A DNA stretch of 64,000 nucleotides from Candidatus Parcubacteria bacterium (lineage in GTDB: Bacteria > Patescibacteriota > Minisyncoccia > Phycocordibacterales > EsbW-18). The notes under the pieces were generated by a model. It saw only the letters and a program-made list of their open reading frames with translations, ran no database searches and was not told the origin of the DNA. Every line of letters starts with the position of its first letter. Position 1 is the stretch's first letter. The stretch covers positions 4,195 through 68,194 of the forward strand of contig JBDKFZ010000017.1 of NCBI GenBank assembly GCA_039798445.1. Reading direction: 5' to 3'. A program made the translations under genes and the position numbers. Below, one piece after another: positions 27,817-37,665 of this stretch.

Positions 27817-29862
27817 ATGTCAGCTTTTAAACTCACAAGTGAATTCGAGCCCGCAGGCGATCAGATCAAGGCCATCAAAGACCTCACCGCAGGTCTTGAG
27901 GCGGGGAAGCGTCACCAGACGCTCTTGGGCGTGACTGGCTCTGGTAAGACGTTCACCGCGGCCAACCTCATCGCCAACGTCGACAAACCGACGCTTGTTA
28001 TTGCGCACAACAAGACGCTCGCCGCTCAGCTCGCCCAAGAGTATCGAGACTTTTTTCCTGATGCTGCGGTGCAGTATTTCGTTTCGTATTACGACTACTA
28101 CCAGCCCGAAGCCTACGTGCCGGTGACGGATACGTATATCGAAAAAGAGTCGATGATTAACGAAGAGATCGAACGTTTGCGTCATGCCGCAACACAAGCA
28201 CTGCTCACGCGTCGTGATGTCATCGTTGTTGCATCGGTCTCGTGTATCTACGGTCTCGGAAATCCGGAGGAGTATCAGAAGTTCCACCTCAAGCTTGATG
28301 TTGGAGATCATCATCCGCGCGCGGAGCTTATTCGCGAGTTGATTCGCATTTACTTCCAACGAACAAGTACCGATCTCACACCCGGATTCTTTCGTGCAAT
28401 CGGCTCTGCAATCGAAGTAATGCCAACGAACGAAAAGGTCGTCTATCGCATTGAGCTATCAAATGATGAGATTGTTTCGATTCAGACCCTTGATGCGGTT
28501 TCTCGTATGGTTCGTGCTGAACCAAAAACACTTTTCATATTCCCTGCAAAACACTTCGTTTCAACCGAAGACCAAGTCAAAAGGGCAATCGAGAGTATTA
28601 AAGCAGAATTGGTTGATCAGCTTGCCAAGTTTGAGAAAGAAGGGAAGCTTCTCGAAGCAGAACGTCTCAAGCGTCGCACCACGTATGACATTGCGATGAT
28701 TCGCGAGGTTGGCTATGCGTCAGGTATCGAGAACTATTCGCGCCACTTTGACGGCCGTGCTCCTGGAGAACCGCCGTTTACGCTCATTTCATATTTCCCA
28801 AAGAAGGCAGACGGAACACCGGACTTTTTGACCATCATCGATGAGTCGCACGTCACCATTCCACAGATTGGTGGTATGTATGCCGGTGATCGTTCGCGCA
28901 AAGAGACGCTCGTTGAGCACGGATTCCGTCTTCCGTCGGCAATCGACAACCGCCCGCTTACATTTGATGAATTTGATAAGAGAATTGGACAGGTCGTATA
29001 CACCTCTGCCACTCCCGCATCATATGAGCTTGAGCACAGTGGCAAAGATGGCATCGTCGAGCAAATCATCCGCCCAACAGGCCTTATTGATCCAGAGATT
29101 ATCATCCGCCCGATTCAGTCCAAGGGTGACTATCAGGGACAGGTGCGCGATTTTATTACTGAGTCCAAGAAAGTTATCGCTACAGGTGCACGCGTTCTCG
29201 CAACGACGCTCACCAAGAAGATGGCTGAAGATCTCTCGGAGTATCTCAAAGAAGAGGGAATTAAGGCGGTCTATCTTCACAGTGATGTGAAGACTATTGA
29301 ACGCATTGAGATCCTCACGAAGTTCCGCCGAGGAGAATTCGACATGATCGTTGGTGTGAACCTGCTCCGTGAAGGATTGGACCTTCCTGAAGTCGAGCTT
29401 ATTGGTATCCTCGATGCCGATAAAGAAGGATTCCTTCGTTCGGAGACATCACTCATCCAGACCATTGGTCGTGCGGCGCGTAACGTCTTGGGTCGCGTCA
29501 TCCTTTATGCCGATGTCATGACCGGTTCGATGGAGAAAGCGATTGGTGAGACCAACCGTCGCCGTGCGATTCAGATCGCATACAACACGAAGCATGGCAT
29601 CACACCGATGACCATTAAAAAGAAGATCTCAGACATCACCGATGTGCTTGCCCGCGAACGTCAAGAGACGCTTGAAGAACTTGTTGCGATGGATACAAAG
29701 TCTGGAGGAACTATCAAACAAGTGATCAAACGAAAAGAAGCCGAGATGAGCGAAGCGGTGAAAGTGCTCGACTTTGAAACTGCAGCGCTTTTGCGTGACG
29801 AGATTGCAAAGCTTGAAGGGCTCAGTGGGGGAGCGACGAAGACGAAGAAGTCGAAGAAATAA
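27817..29862 (+). CDS. uvrB: Excinuclease ABC subunit B
   Basis: GVTGSGKT, HNKTLAAQL, YYDYYQPEAY, DESH, LLREGLD, QTIGRAAR. Confidence 0.98.
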   Translation: MSAFKLTSEFEPAGDQIKAIKDLTAGLEAGKRHQTLLGVTGSGKTFTAANLIANVDKPTLVIAHNKTLAAQLAQEYRDFFPDAAVQYFVSYYDYYQPEAYVPVTDTYIEKESMINEEIERLRHAATQALLTRRDVIVVASVSCIYGLGNPEEYQKFHLKLDVGDHHPRAELIRELIRIYFQRTSTDLTPGFFRAIGSAIEVMPTNEKVVYRIELSNDEIVSIQTLDAVSRMVRAEPKTLFIFPAKHFVSTEDQVKRAIESIKAELVDQLAKFEKEGKLLEAERLKRRTTYDIAMIREVGYASGIENYSRHFDGRAPGEPPFTLISYFPKKADGTPDFLTIIDESHVTIPQIGGMYAGDRSRKETLVEHGFRLPSAIDNRPLTFDEFDKRIGQVVYTSATPASYELEHSGKDGIVEQIIRPTGLIDPEIIIRPIQSKGDYQGQVRDFITESKKVIATGARVLATTLTKKMAEDLSEYLKEEGIKAVYLHSDVKTIERIEILTKFRRGEFDMIVGVNLLREGLDLPEVELIGILDADKEGFLRSETSLIQTIGRAARNVLGRVILYADVMTGSMEKAIGETNRRRAIQIAYNTKHGITPMTIKKKISDITDVLARERQETLEELVAMDTKSGGTIKQVIKRKEAEMSEAVKVLDFETAALLRDEIAKLEGLSGGATKTKKSKK

Positions 29863-29873
29863 ATCGCAGAGTG

Positions 29874-29902
29874 TTGACGATTTGCGTAATGTGGCCTATA
29901 GT
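29874..29902 (+). promoter_or_regulatory. sigma70 promoter of the orphan gene
   Basis: TTGACG-17-TATAGT. Confidence 0.7.
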
Positions 29903-29955
29903 CTTTTTGGAGTACGCCCAGCACTAGGCTGGCCGACAACGCATCAAAGGGGGAC

Positions 29956-30429
29956 ATGGTGGTAAAGATTCCCGGGTTTCCAAAGGTCGTGGTTTTCGAG
30001 AACTATCCTCGGCTTGATGCCAGGGGAGGCTTCCAGCTTCAGGCTCGACTTCCGCCGGAATTTCCTCACAGACCGCAGAGGCTGGTCATCGTTCCCGACA
30101 GTCATGGTCCCATTCCAGTGCAGACCGGTGTTCCGTATGAGATCGAGTTCTGCATGTTCCTCGGGAAGACCCGTCGGTGGTCGATCATGGCCCTGGTCAA
30201 AGCGTTGCGGGTGAGCGACGTTCATCCCGAGCCGGTGGTGTTCACCCCTGAAATTCAAGCGCCGAAACGGCGCGTGAAGCCGCCGCTTCGGGCACTGCCA
30301 CGGCCTCCGTTGCCCTCCGTGACGACGGAAGATCTGGTGCGGAGGAATATTCCGTTCATTCCTCTCGACCGGAGCGAGCCGCAGAGACGGCATTTCAAGC
30401 CCTCGGCACGGCCGAGGATGCGCGCGTAG
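29956..30429 (+). CDS. Pro/Arg-rich hypothetical protein (orphan cassette)
   Basis: AAGGGGG SD, own promoter and terminator. Confidence 0.7.
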   Translation: MVVKIPGFPKVVVFENYPRLDARGGFQLQARLPPEFPHRPQRLVIVPDSHGPIPVQTGVPYEIEFCMFLGKTRRWSIMALVKALRVSDVHPEPVVFTPEIQAPKRRVKPPLRALPRPPLPSVTTEDLVRRNIPFIPLDRSEPQRRHFKPSARPRMRA

Positions 30430-30448
30430 CAAGCCATCGCTTCGCGCA

Positions 30449-30487
30449 AACGGCGGGTCCAACTTCGGACCCGCCGTTCTTCTTTTT
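30449..30487 (+). terminator. Intrinsic terminator
   Basis: AACGGCGGGTCC/GGACCCGCCGTT 12-bp stem, then CTTCTTTTT. Confidence 0.85.
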
Positions 30488-30550
30488 ATGGTATATTCAT
30501 TTCACGCATGAGACCCCCCACGAGCAACCAGGGGGCGTTTGGCGTTCTCT

Positions 30551-33247
30551 ATGACAGATAAAAAGCCCCACAAACGAGAGAATCTGGCCTCCATCAAGGC
30601 TCGCCGAAATGATGACATCATTGTCAAAGGCGCTCGTACCCACAATCTCAAGAACATCACCGTCGACATGCCGCGAAACACCATGGTGGTCTTCACGGGT
30701 CTTTCTGGTTCCGGAAAATCATCGCTTGCCTTCGACACCATTTTCGCCGAAGGTCAGCGACGCTACGTTGAATCCCTTTCTGCATATGCACGTCAGTTCA
30801 TCAGCCAGATGCCCAAGCCGGACGTTGATGAGATTATCGGATTGTCGCCGGCCATCTCAATCGACCAGAAGAGCCGTTCAAACAACCCACGCTCGACTGT
30901 TGCAACAATCACCGAAATCTACGACTACCTCCGTATTCTCTATGCGCGCATCGGCACGCCATATTGTTTGATGTGTGGAGAGCCAATCAAACGCCTCACA
31001 CTCGAAGAGATCCAGAATTTCATCATGAATAAGGTCCGCGCTTCGTCAAAAGGATTGAAGCCGCGTAAAGATAAAGATCTTGCCGAAGCGGTGAATGACG
31101 CAGCCTCAGGTGTACCATCGCTCGAGCTCTATGCTCCTGCGGTTCGTGGTCGTAAGGGTGAGTACTATCAGTTGCTCTACGACGCACTTGGTAAGGGATA
31201 CAGTGAGGTGCTTGTTGACGGTGCTCGCAAGAATCTCCGTGAACAGATTCTTCTCGAGAAGAACAAGAAACACGATATCGATATCCTCACTGACCGCATC
31301 GCGCTCGCAGATTTTGCTGACAGTCCTGATGGTGCTCGCGAGCGTCTCCGTGAGGGTCTTGAGCGTGCGATCACCGAATCGTCCGGCTTGGTTCGTATTG
31401 TTTTGCCGGGCGATGAATTCGTAGGTGAACACGTTAACGAGATTGGTACCGTGATGTCATCGAAGTTCGCCTGTAAGAACGACGGATATTCATATCCCGA
31501 GATTGAACCACGTCTTTTCTCTTTCAACAGCCCGTACGGTGCTTGTCCCGAATGTAATGGGTTGGGTACAAAGCATTTCTTTGGGGATGAACCATGTCCG
31601 ATGTGTCAGGGAGCCCGATTGCGTCAAGAAGCCCTCAATGTTCGCATTGGTGGAAAGAATGTGGTTGAAGTCGCAGCACTTTCTGTCTATAAAGCACATG
31701 AGCTTTTTGAATCGCTCGACCTTACACCAAAAGAAAAGGAGATCTCTCACGTCGTGGTTCGCGAAATCAGCGATCGTCTTACGTTCATGAAGAACGTCGG
31801 TATCGGCTACCTCACACTCGACCGCCGTGCACACACGCTCTCGGGTGGTGAAGCACAGCGCATTCGTCTCGCATCACAGCTCGGTTCAGGTCTCGTGGGC
31901 GCGCTCTATGTGCTCGACGAACCGACCATTGGTCTTCACTCACGCGACAACGCGCGTCTCATCCAGACGCTTCTCAATCTCCGTGACCTTGGTAACACCA
32001 TTATTGTCGTTGAACACGATGAAGAGACCATTTTTGCATCGGATTATCTCATCGACATCGGTCCGGGTGCAGGCGTTCATGGCGGCAACGTCGTCGTGTC
32101 AGGATTCCTCGACGATCTTTTGGCGGCCAAGACCAACTCTTCTAAATCGCTGACGCTTTCATATCTCCGTGGCGAAACAATGATTCCGATTCCTGAGACA
32201 CGTCGCACATCGGACAAGGGTGTCATCAAGATCCGCGACGCTAATGCTTTCAATATTAAGAACATGAATGTCGATTTTCCGCTTGGTCGATTCCTCGTTA
32301 TCACGGGAGTCTCGGGTTCAGGAAAGTCCACCCTCATGTACGAGGTGCTTTACAAGAACCTTCAGGCTCGTTTCGAACGCAAGTATCGCTCGGCACAAAT
32401 ATTTAACTGCGCATCAATCACGGGTCTCGAATATGCATCACGTACCATCCTCATCGATCAGTCACCGATCGGGCGTACTTCGCGCTCGAATCCTGCCACA
32501 TACACCGGCGCGTTCACGCACATCCGTGACATGTTCGCAGCAACAGCAGAAGCCCGCGCACGCGGATGGAAGGCTAATCGTTTTTCGTTCAACGTAAAAG
32601 GCGGACGCTGTGAGGCGTGTGAAGGAAAGGGTGAGATCGCTGTTGAGATGCACTTCTTGCCGACTGTGTATGTGACGTGTGATATCTGTAACGGCAAGCG
32701 CTTTATGCGCGAGACGCTCGAAGTGGAATATAAAGGCAAGAACATCCACGATGTCCTCTCAATGACCGTCGAGGAGTCCATTGCATTTTTTGAGGATATC
32801 CCCGCAATCTATGATCGCCTTCGAACACTCTTTGATGTGGGTCTTGGCTACCTCCAGCTTGGACAATCGGCGACGACGCTTTCGGGTGGTGAGTCACAGC
32901 GTGTAAAGATCTCATCTGAGCTTTATCGTCCTCACGTTCACAAGACCATCTATCTTCTCGACGAACCAACAATTGGTCTCCACTATGAAGACGTTCGTAA
33001 GTTGATTGAAATTCTCCAGACGCTTGTTGCAAAAGGGAACACCGTCATGCTCATTGAGCACAACATGGATATCATCAAGAGCGCCGACTACGTTGTCGAC
33101 ATTGGACCGGAAGGCGGTATCGAAGGTGGAAAGCTCGTCGCATTCGGTACGCCCGAAGAAGTTGCCCAGAGCGGTACGTACACCGGTGACTATCTCAAGA
33201 AAGCATTGAAGCAGAAAGTGAAGGGGAAGGAGAAGGGATCCAAATAA
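30551..33247 (+). CDS. uvrA: Excinuclease ABC subunit A
   Basis: [23 protein letters not shown], two LSGGE motifs, GVSGSGKST, Zn fingers. Confidence 0.98.
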   Translation: MTDKKPHKRENLASIKARRNDDIIVKGARTHNLKNITVDMPRNTMVVFTGLSGSGKSSLAFDTIFAEGQRRYVESLSAYARQFISQMPKPDVDEIIGLSPAISIDQKSRSNNPRSTVATITEIYDYLRILYARIGTPYCLMCGEPIKRLTLEEIQNFIMNKVRASSKGLKPRKDKDLAEAVNDAASGVPSLELYAPAVRGRKGEYYQLLYDALGKGYSEVLVDGARKNLREQILLEKNKKHDIDILTDRIALADFADSPDGARERLREGLERAITESSGLVRIVLPGDEFVGEHVNEIGTVMSSKFACKNDGYSYPEIEPRLFSFNSPYGACPECNGLGTKHFFGDEPCPMCQGARLRQEALNVRIGGKNVVEVAALSVYKAHELFESLDLTPKEKEISHVVVREISDRLTFMKNVGIGYLTLDRRAHTLSGGEAQRIRLASQLGSGLVGALYVLDEPTIGLHSRDNARLIQTLLNLRDLGNTIIVVEHDEETIFASDYLIDIGPGAGVHGGNVVVSGFLDDLLAAKTNSSKSLTLSYLRGETMIPIPETRRTSDKGVIKIRDANAFNIKNMNVDFPLGRFLVITGVSGSGKSTLMYEVLYKNLQARFERKYRSAQIFNCASITGLEYASRTILIDQSPIGRTSRSNPATYTGAFTHIRDMFAATAEARARGWKANRFSFNVKGGRCEACEGKGEIAVEMHFLPTVYVTCDICNGKRFMRETLEVEYKGKNIHDVLSMTVEESIAFFEDIPAIYDRLRTLFDVGLGYLQLGQSATTLSGGESQRVKISSELYRPHVHKTIYLLDEPTIGLHYEDVRKLIEILQTLVAKGNTVMLIEHNMDIIKSADYVVDIGPEGGIEGGKLVAFGTPEEVAQSGTYTGDYLKKALKQKVKGKEKGSK

Positions 33248-33321
33248 AAAACGAACCCACCACAATCGGAATCGAACCGAAAGGGGTGGGTAAGGCGGGG
33301 AGAGCGGTGAACGATGGAAGA

Positions 33322-33621
33322 TCAGTCGATATGGCCGTCGCTCATGTCACGGCCGACATCAACGAAACCCGGATTGGCGCGCTCCTTGATGGTGAGGACT
33401 TCACTGACCATCTTCTGGAGCTCGCCGAAGAGTTTCTCGGCCTCCGGGCCAATCGGTGCATCTCCCGGGGCGTTGATGTTCATGGCTCTACCGAGGCGTC
33501 TTGTGGCTTCGTTGTAGATGCGCCGGTCTTTCCCGGACATCTTGAGAAGGGCCTCCCCCATGCGGCCGAGGCCGTCATGGTCGAAGAACAGGAATTCTTG
33601 CACGTCACGAGTAGTGCTCAT
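33322..33621 (-). CDS. Hypothetical protein (orphan cassette), 99 aa
   Basis: AAGGAG SD; minus-strand TTGACA-17-TAGAGT (33691-33663); hairpin with U-tract near 33247-33292. Confidence 0.7.
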   Translation of the reverse strand: MSTTRDVQEFLFFDHDGLGRMGEALLKMSGKDRRIYNEATRRLGRAMNINAPGDAPIGPEAEKLFGELQKMVSEVLTIKERANPGFVDVGRDMSDGHID

Positions 33622-33684
33622 GATTGGTCTCCTTGAGCCGAAAGCGTCCTACGTCTGAACAAACTCTATGGTATAATCGCAAAA

Positions 33685-34902
33685 ATGTCAATTACGCTCG
33701 AAAAACTAAAAAAGCTTCCAGACACGCCCGGCGTCTATCTTTTCAAGAAAGGAAAAGAGATTTTGTACGTGGGCAAAGCCACATCGCTCAAGAGTCGTGT
33801 GAGGAGTTATCTTCTCGAATCGGCAGCGATTTCTCGCGGACCCAAAATTCCTAAACTCATTAGCGAAGCGGTGCGTGTCGACTTTGAAGAGACTGATACA
33901 GTGCTCGAAGCGCTCATCCGTGAGGCTGCGCTCATCAAACGTCATCAGCCGCCGTACAACGTTCTCGAGAAGAGCGATGCGAGCTACAACTATGTTGTGA
34001 TTACTGACGAAGCATATCCGCGTGTTTTCACGATTCGCGAGCGTGAGCTCCGCACAACTCCGCTCAAGACGCTCGAGATGTACGGACCATTCCCATACGG
34101 CACACAGCTTCGTGATGCGATGAAGATCATCCGCAAGATATTTCCATACCGCGGCAAGACCGATGCGCCGATTGCTCGGGGTAAACAGCGCGTCTCACGA
34201 TTTTATGAAGAGCTCGGTCTCGCTCCCAAAGCCGCTACGGCTGAGGATCAAAAAGCATATGCTCGTACAATCCGCCATTTGCGTATGTTCTTCGAAGGAA
34301 AGAAGACAAAGCTGATTGCTGAACTCGAACGTGAGATGAAGCGTCACGCGCGTGCAAAGGAGTTTGAAGCAGCGGCTGCAATCAAGCGTCAGGTCTTTGC
34401 GCTTCAGCACATCAATGACATCGCACTCATTAAACGCACGAGCGAAACACCTTTTGCATACCGCATCGAAGCGTACGATATCGCTCACACGTCAGGTACT
34501 GATGTTGTCGGCGTGATGACGGTTGTTGAGGGTGGGGAAGCCGCCAAGAACGAATACCGCATGTTCAAAATTAAGGGCGATGGTAGTAAACGCTTTGTGA
34601 ACGATACTGGTGCACTCACCGAGACGCTCGAACGCCGTTTTGGTCATCCAGAATGGGCATATCCTCGCCTCATCGCTGTTGATGGCGGTGTCGCTCAACA
34701 GAATGCGGCAAAGCGAGTTCTCGATGAGCTTGGCATCGCTATTCCCATTGTCGCCGTCACCAAGAACGAACGCCACCGCCCTGAGAGGATTTTGGGCGAT
34801 GCGGCCATTGTTCAACAGCACGGTTCAGCTATTCTTTTGGCCAATAGTGAAGCGCATCGTTTTGCGATCGGTTTTCACCGAAGACGAAGAGGAATTATCT
34901 AA
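33685..34902 (+). CDS. uvrC: Excinuclease ABC subunit C (short form)
   Basis: GIY-YIG PGVYLF..YVGKA, UVR coil, RIEAYDIAH, VDGG, EAHRFAI; no HhH tail. Confidence 0.92.
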   Translation: MSITLEKLKKLPDTPGVYLFKKGKEILYVGKATSLKSRVRSYLLESAAISRGPKIPKLISEAVRVDFEETDTVLEALIREAALIKRHQPPYNVLEKSDASYNYVVITDEAYPRVFTIRERELRTTPLKTLEMYGPFPYGTQLRDAMKIIRKIFPYRGKTDAPIARGKQRVSRFYEELGLAPKAATAEDQKAYARTIRHLRMFFEGKKTKLIAELEREMKRHARAKEFEAAAAIKRQVFALQHINDIALIKRTSETPFAYRIEAYDIAHTSGTDVVGVMTVVEGGEAAKNEYRMFKIKGDGSKRFVNDTGALTETLERRFGHPEWAYPRLIAVDGGVAQQNAAKRVLDELGIAIPIVAVTKNERHRPERILGDAAIVQQHGSAILLANSEAHRFAIGFHRRRRGII

Positions 34903-34939
34903 GCTTTTGCTTCGCCAAAGTAATGTGCTATGCTCCGTC

Positions 34940-35132
34940 CGGATTACGTAGGAGGGGTGCCTTCACGAACGAACAGGGCAAAGCCACCAACCGACCGTCC
35001 TTGCTGATCACAGGGATATTACGCGACCTCTTCAGGCGCGTCCCACAATCGTTGATGCCCGACGAAATGATAACGCGAAAGCCACTGCCCCCTCTCGGGA
35101 CCGTCCAGGATGCATACTGGACGGTCCTTTTT
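34940..35132 (+). ncRNA. Candidate structured ncRNA (6S-like size and shape, family unconfirmed)
   Basis: Own promoter, no credible ORF, end-to-end pairing, strong terminator. Confidence 0.45.
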
Positions 35133-35139
35133 CTTTTTT
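35098..35139 (+). terminator. Intrinsic terminator
   Basis: GGACCGTCCAG/CTGGACGGTCC 11-bp stem then TTTTTCTTTTTT. Confidence 0.88.
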
Positions 35140-35155
35140 ACGATATACTATCCGC

Positions 35156-36124
35156 ATGAGTAAACTCCGTGTTGCCGTGCTTCGTGGTGGTCCAAGCAAT
35201 GAGTATGATGTGTCGCTCAAAACAGGGGCGACCGTCTTGAAGCATCTCGATCGCGAGAAGTATCAGCCACTCGATGTTTTTATTGATAAAAATGCTTCAT
35301 GGCATGTCGATGGTGTTGTAACAAATCCGCTCGACCTTCGTCATCGCGTTGACGTTGCGTGGAACGCTCTTCATGGATCGTATGGCGAGGACGGGGAAGT
35401 TCAGCGGCTTCTCGAATCGATTGATCTTCCGTACACCGGTTCTGGTGTCGTTGCATCTGCGGTAGCGATGCACAAAGCAAAAGCAAAAGAAGTATTCGTT
35501 CGACACGGTCTCTCGGTTGCTCCGGGTATTGAGGTGGAACTATCGGTCATCGATGACGGAGATGTCCGTGAGATCTTCCGAACGCTCCCGCCTCCCTACA
35601 TTGTGAAGCCTGTCTCGAGCGGTTCATCGGTCGGCATGTCCGTCGCGCATTCAATCAGTGAGCTTCATGATGCGCTTATGCGTGCCAATGAACAGTCGTC
35701 GAATGTGCTCATCGAATCGATGGTGCGGGGCAGGGAGGCGACGTGTGGAATCATCGACGGTTATCGAGGTGAGAAATTCTACGCGCTCATGCCAATCGAG
35801 ATTGTGCCACCAACCGACGCATCGTTCTTCGATTACAGCGCAAAATACTCCGGCACAAGCCAAGAGATCTGCCCGGGACGATTCTCACGAGAAGAAACAA
35901 ATGCTATTCAAGAGGCAGCGCGCACCGCACACGAGGCGCTTGGCGCACGGCACTACTCACGCTCCGATTTCATCGTTACTCCAAAAGGAAAGCCATATAT
36001 CCTCGAGACCAACACCTTGCCTGGTCTCACCGAAGAATCGCTCGTGCCAAAAGCACTTGCTGCAGCAGGATGTTCGCTAAAGGAATTTTTGGACCACGTC
36101 ATCAAGCAGGCGGCGAGAAGCTAG
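35156..36124 (+). CDS. ddl: D-alanine--D-alanine ligase
   Basis: GGPSNEYDVSL, LHGSYGEDG, YTGSG, GSSVG, FFDYSAKY, ETNTLPG. Confidence 0.95.
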   Translation: MSKLRVAVLRGGPSNEYDVSLKTGATVLKHLDREKYQPLDVFIDKNASWHVDGVVTNPLDLRHRVDVAWNALHGSYGEDGEVQRLLESIDLPYTGSGVVASAVAMHKAKAKEVFVRHGLSVAPGIEVELSVIDDGDVREIFRTLPPPYIVKPVSSGSSVGMSVAHSISELHDALMRANEQSSNVLIESMVRGREATCGIIDGYRGEKFYALMPIEIVPPTDASFFDYSAKYSGTSQEICPGRFSREETNAIQEAARTAHEALGARHYSRSDFIVTPKGKPYILETNTLPGLTEESLVPKALAAAGCSLKEFLDHVIKQAARS

Positions 36125-36154
36125 AGCTCTGGATGATACAAAATCTGAGACGGG

Positions 36155-37630
36155 CTACTCTTGCGTCAATTTTGTAACAATTGACTTCAAATCTTCGAGA
36201 GTTGAGGTCGTTATTGGCAGAGAGCTCGCTGTGTTGTTCGATTCTGTAAAAAAATGCCGTCGGATCCGAGATGCTGCCTTGAATATTGTTGGGTCATCTT
36301 GGTGATCGTCTCTCATGAGAGCACTGAGCCGATTCCACATCATCTGTGGATGATCCATCCCTTTCCCGGCTATAGCTTCAAGTATAAAACGGGCCGTTTT
36401 CTGATCATCGTTTAGGGGGAGCTCTAATTCATCGAGGACGTCTATATATGTCTTAACCATGTTTCGGTATGTCTCAGCTTGGTCTGCGGTGGTTTCTTCG
36501 GGACTGTCGATACAGACGATGGGCATCGTCATTGGTGTCGATCCGGTGAGTTTGTGAACTCTTGCGAGCAACTGCACATCAAAGGCAAGTGAAGGGTTTT
36601 TGTCATCAAGCTCAATGAGTTGTCGAACGATATCGCTTCGGAATGCTTTAAAGCCAGCCTGCGTATCTCGGGGAAGGATTCCCTCGAAGAGATAGGCTCG
36701 CAGTGAACCGATGAGAGCTTTCATCCGACGCTTGCTTGGGTCGTGAGAATCTGACGAAACATCTTCGGTGAAGGATCGTTCGTGACGGCGATTAGCTACG
36801 ACTGAGACACTGCTCCCAGTGATGATTGGGTATACGAGAGAGCCGACCATCCCGAGGTCGTAGGAGAGATCGGCATCGGTGTAGACGATGATATCTGCGT
36901 CATGGTCTTCAATGGCCAATGCCATTCCTGCATATACCGACCCAGACTTCTTACTATCTGTGGCTGAGTTCAGATTGGAGACAGAGCGGGACGCCAAAGA
37001 GAGCGGGTCTTTGTAGGAGTTTCTGATTATCTCATCAAGCTCATACACGGATTCGGTATCAGCTTGGCGATTGTTTGCTTCAAGAACTTGGCGTACGAGT
37101 AGAGCGCTTTGCTGGTTGCATCCATCATCCATGTATATCGTCACAAATTTATTGAGTGGATTGGCTTTTTTGAGCCAATCAATTTGTGCTGCTTTTTCAT
37201 AAACAAAATCCTCACCATTCGGATGAGGTTCATGTCCCTCGGGGGTATTCCAAACTTTATCTGGAGCTGTTTTCTCACCGCGGGGGCGGATTCGAGTCAT
37301 TTCTCGAAACGTGGGGACTACGACGGCGATACGGAGCGGTATCTGTACGCTCATCATGCATGCTTTTGACAGCGCAAGTTTGACGATGAGGTGCTGTGCC
37401 AAGGTCTGAGCCCTTCTTGATCGGCTAGAAAGAGCCCGATCGAGAGCGTCAAGCTTTCCGATATCGTAATCACTTGCCTCGAGGATGATATCCGCCTGCT
37501 CGCGCGCCCACCGAAAGAATTCCGATGAACGTGTGTCTTGCGAAGGGGAAACAGCCTTTTTCAAGAGCTCACCAAGCACGTCTTTTTGGATCAAAAGACT
37601 GCTGAGACGACTTGCGATACTCATGAACAT
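36155..37630 (-). CDS. GT-A fold (GT2/DPM synthase-like) glycosyltransferase with N-terminal extension
   Basis: VVVPTFRE, MDDGC, YTDADLS, DTQAGFKAF, AFDVQLL. Confidence 0.78.
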   Translation of the reverse strand: MFMSIASRLSSLLIQKDVLGELLKKAVSPSQDTRSSEFFRWAREQADIILEASDYDIGKLDALDRALSSRSRRAQTLAQHLIVKLALSKACMMSVQIPLRIAVVVPTFREMTRIRPRGEKTAPDKVWNTPEGHEPHPNGEDFVYEKAAQIDWLKKANPLNKFVTIYMDDGCNQQSALLVRQVLEANNRQADTESVYELDEIIRNSYKDPLSLASRSVSNLNSATDSKKSGSVYAGMALAIEDHDADIIVYTDADLSYDLGMVGSLVYPIITGSSVSVVANRRHERSFTEDVSSDSHDPSKRRMKALIGSLRAYLFEGILPRDTQAGFKAFRSDIVRQLIELDDKNPSLAFDVQLLARVHKLTGSTPMTMPIVCIDSPEETTADQAETYRNMVKTYIDVLDELELPLNDDQKTARFILEAIAGKGMDHPQMMWNRLSALMRDDHQDDPTIFKAASRIRRHFFTESNNTASSLPITTSTLEDLKSIVTKLTQE

Positions 37631-37665
37631 AAAAGGAAAGAAAGAGCGTCTCCGAGGAGTAGAGA

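Noticed and set aside
29944-30462. 172-aa minus-strand ORF and the 116-aa plus ORF at 33286-33636
   Set aside because: Promoter, SD and terminator all support the opposite-strand ORFs.
34970-35090. c-di-GMP-I riboswitch-like words (ACAGGGCAAAGCC, ACGCGAAAGCC)
   Set aside because: The spacing and the P2 GNRA hairpin do not fit the motif, and the unit has its own terminator with a separate ddl promoter. Kept only as an unclassified ncRNA.
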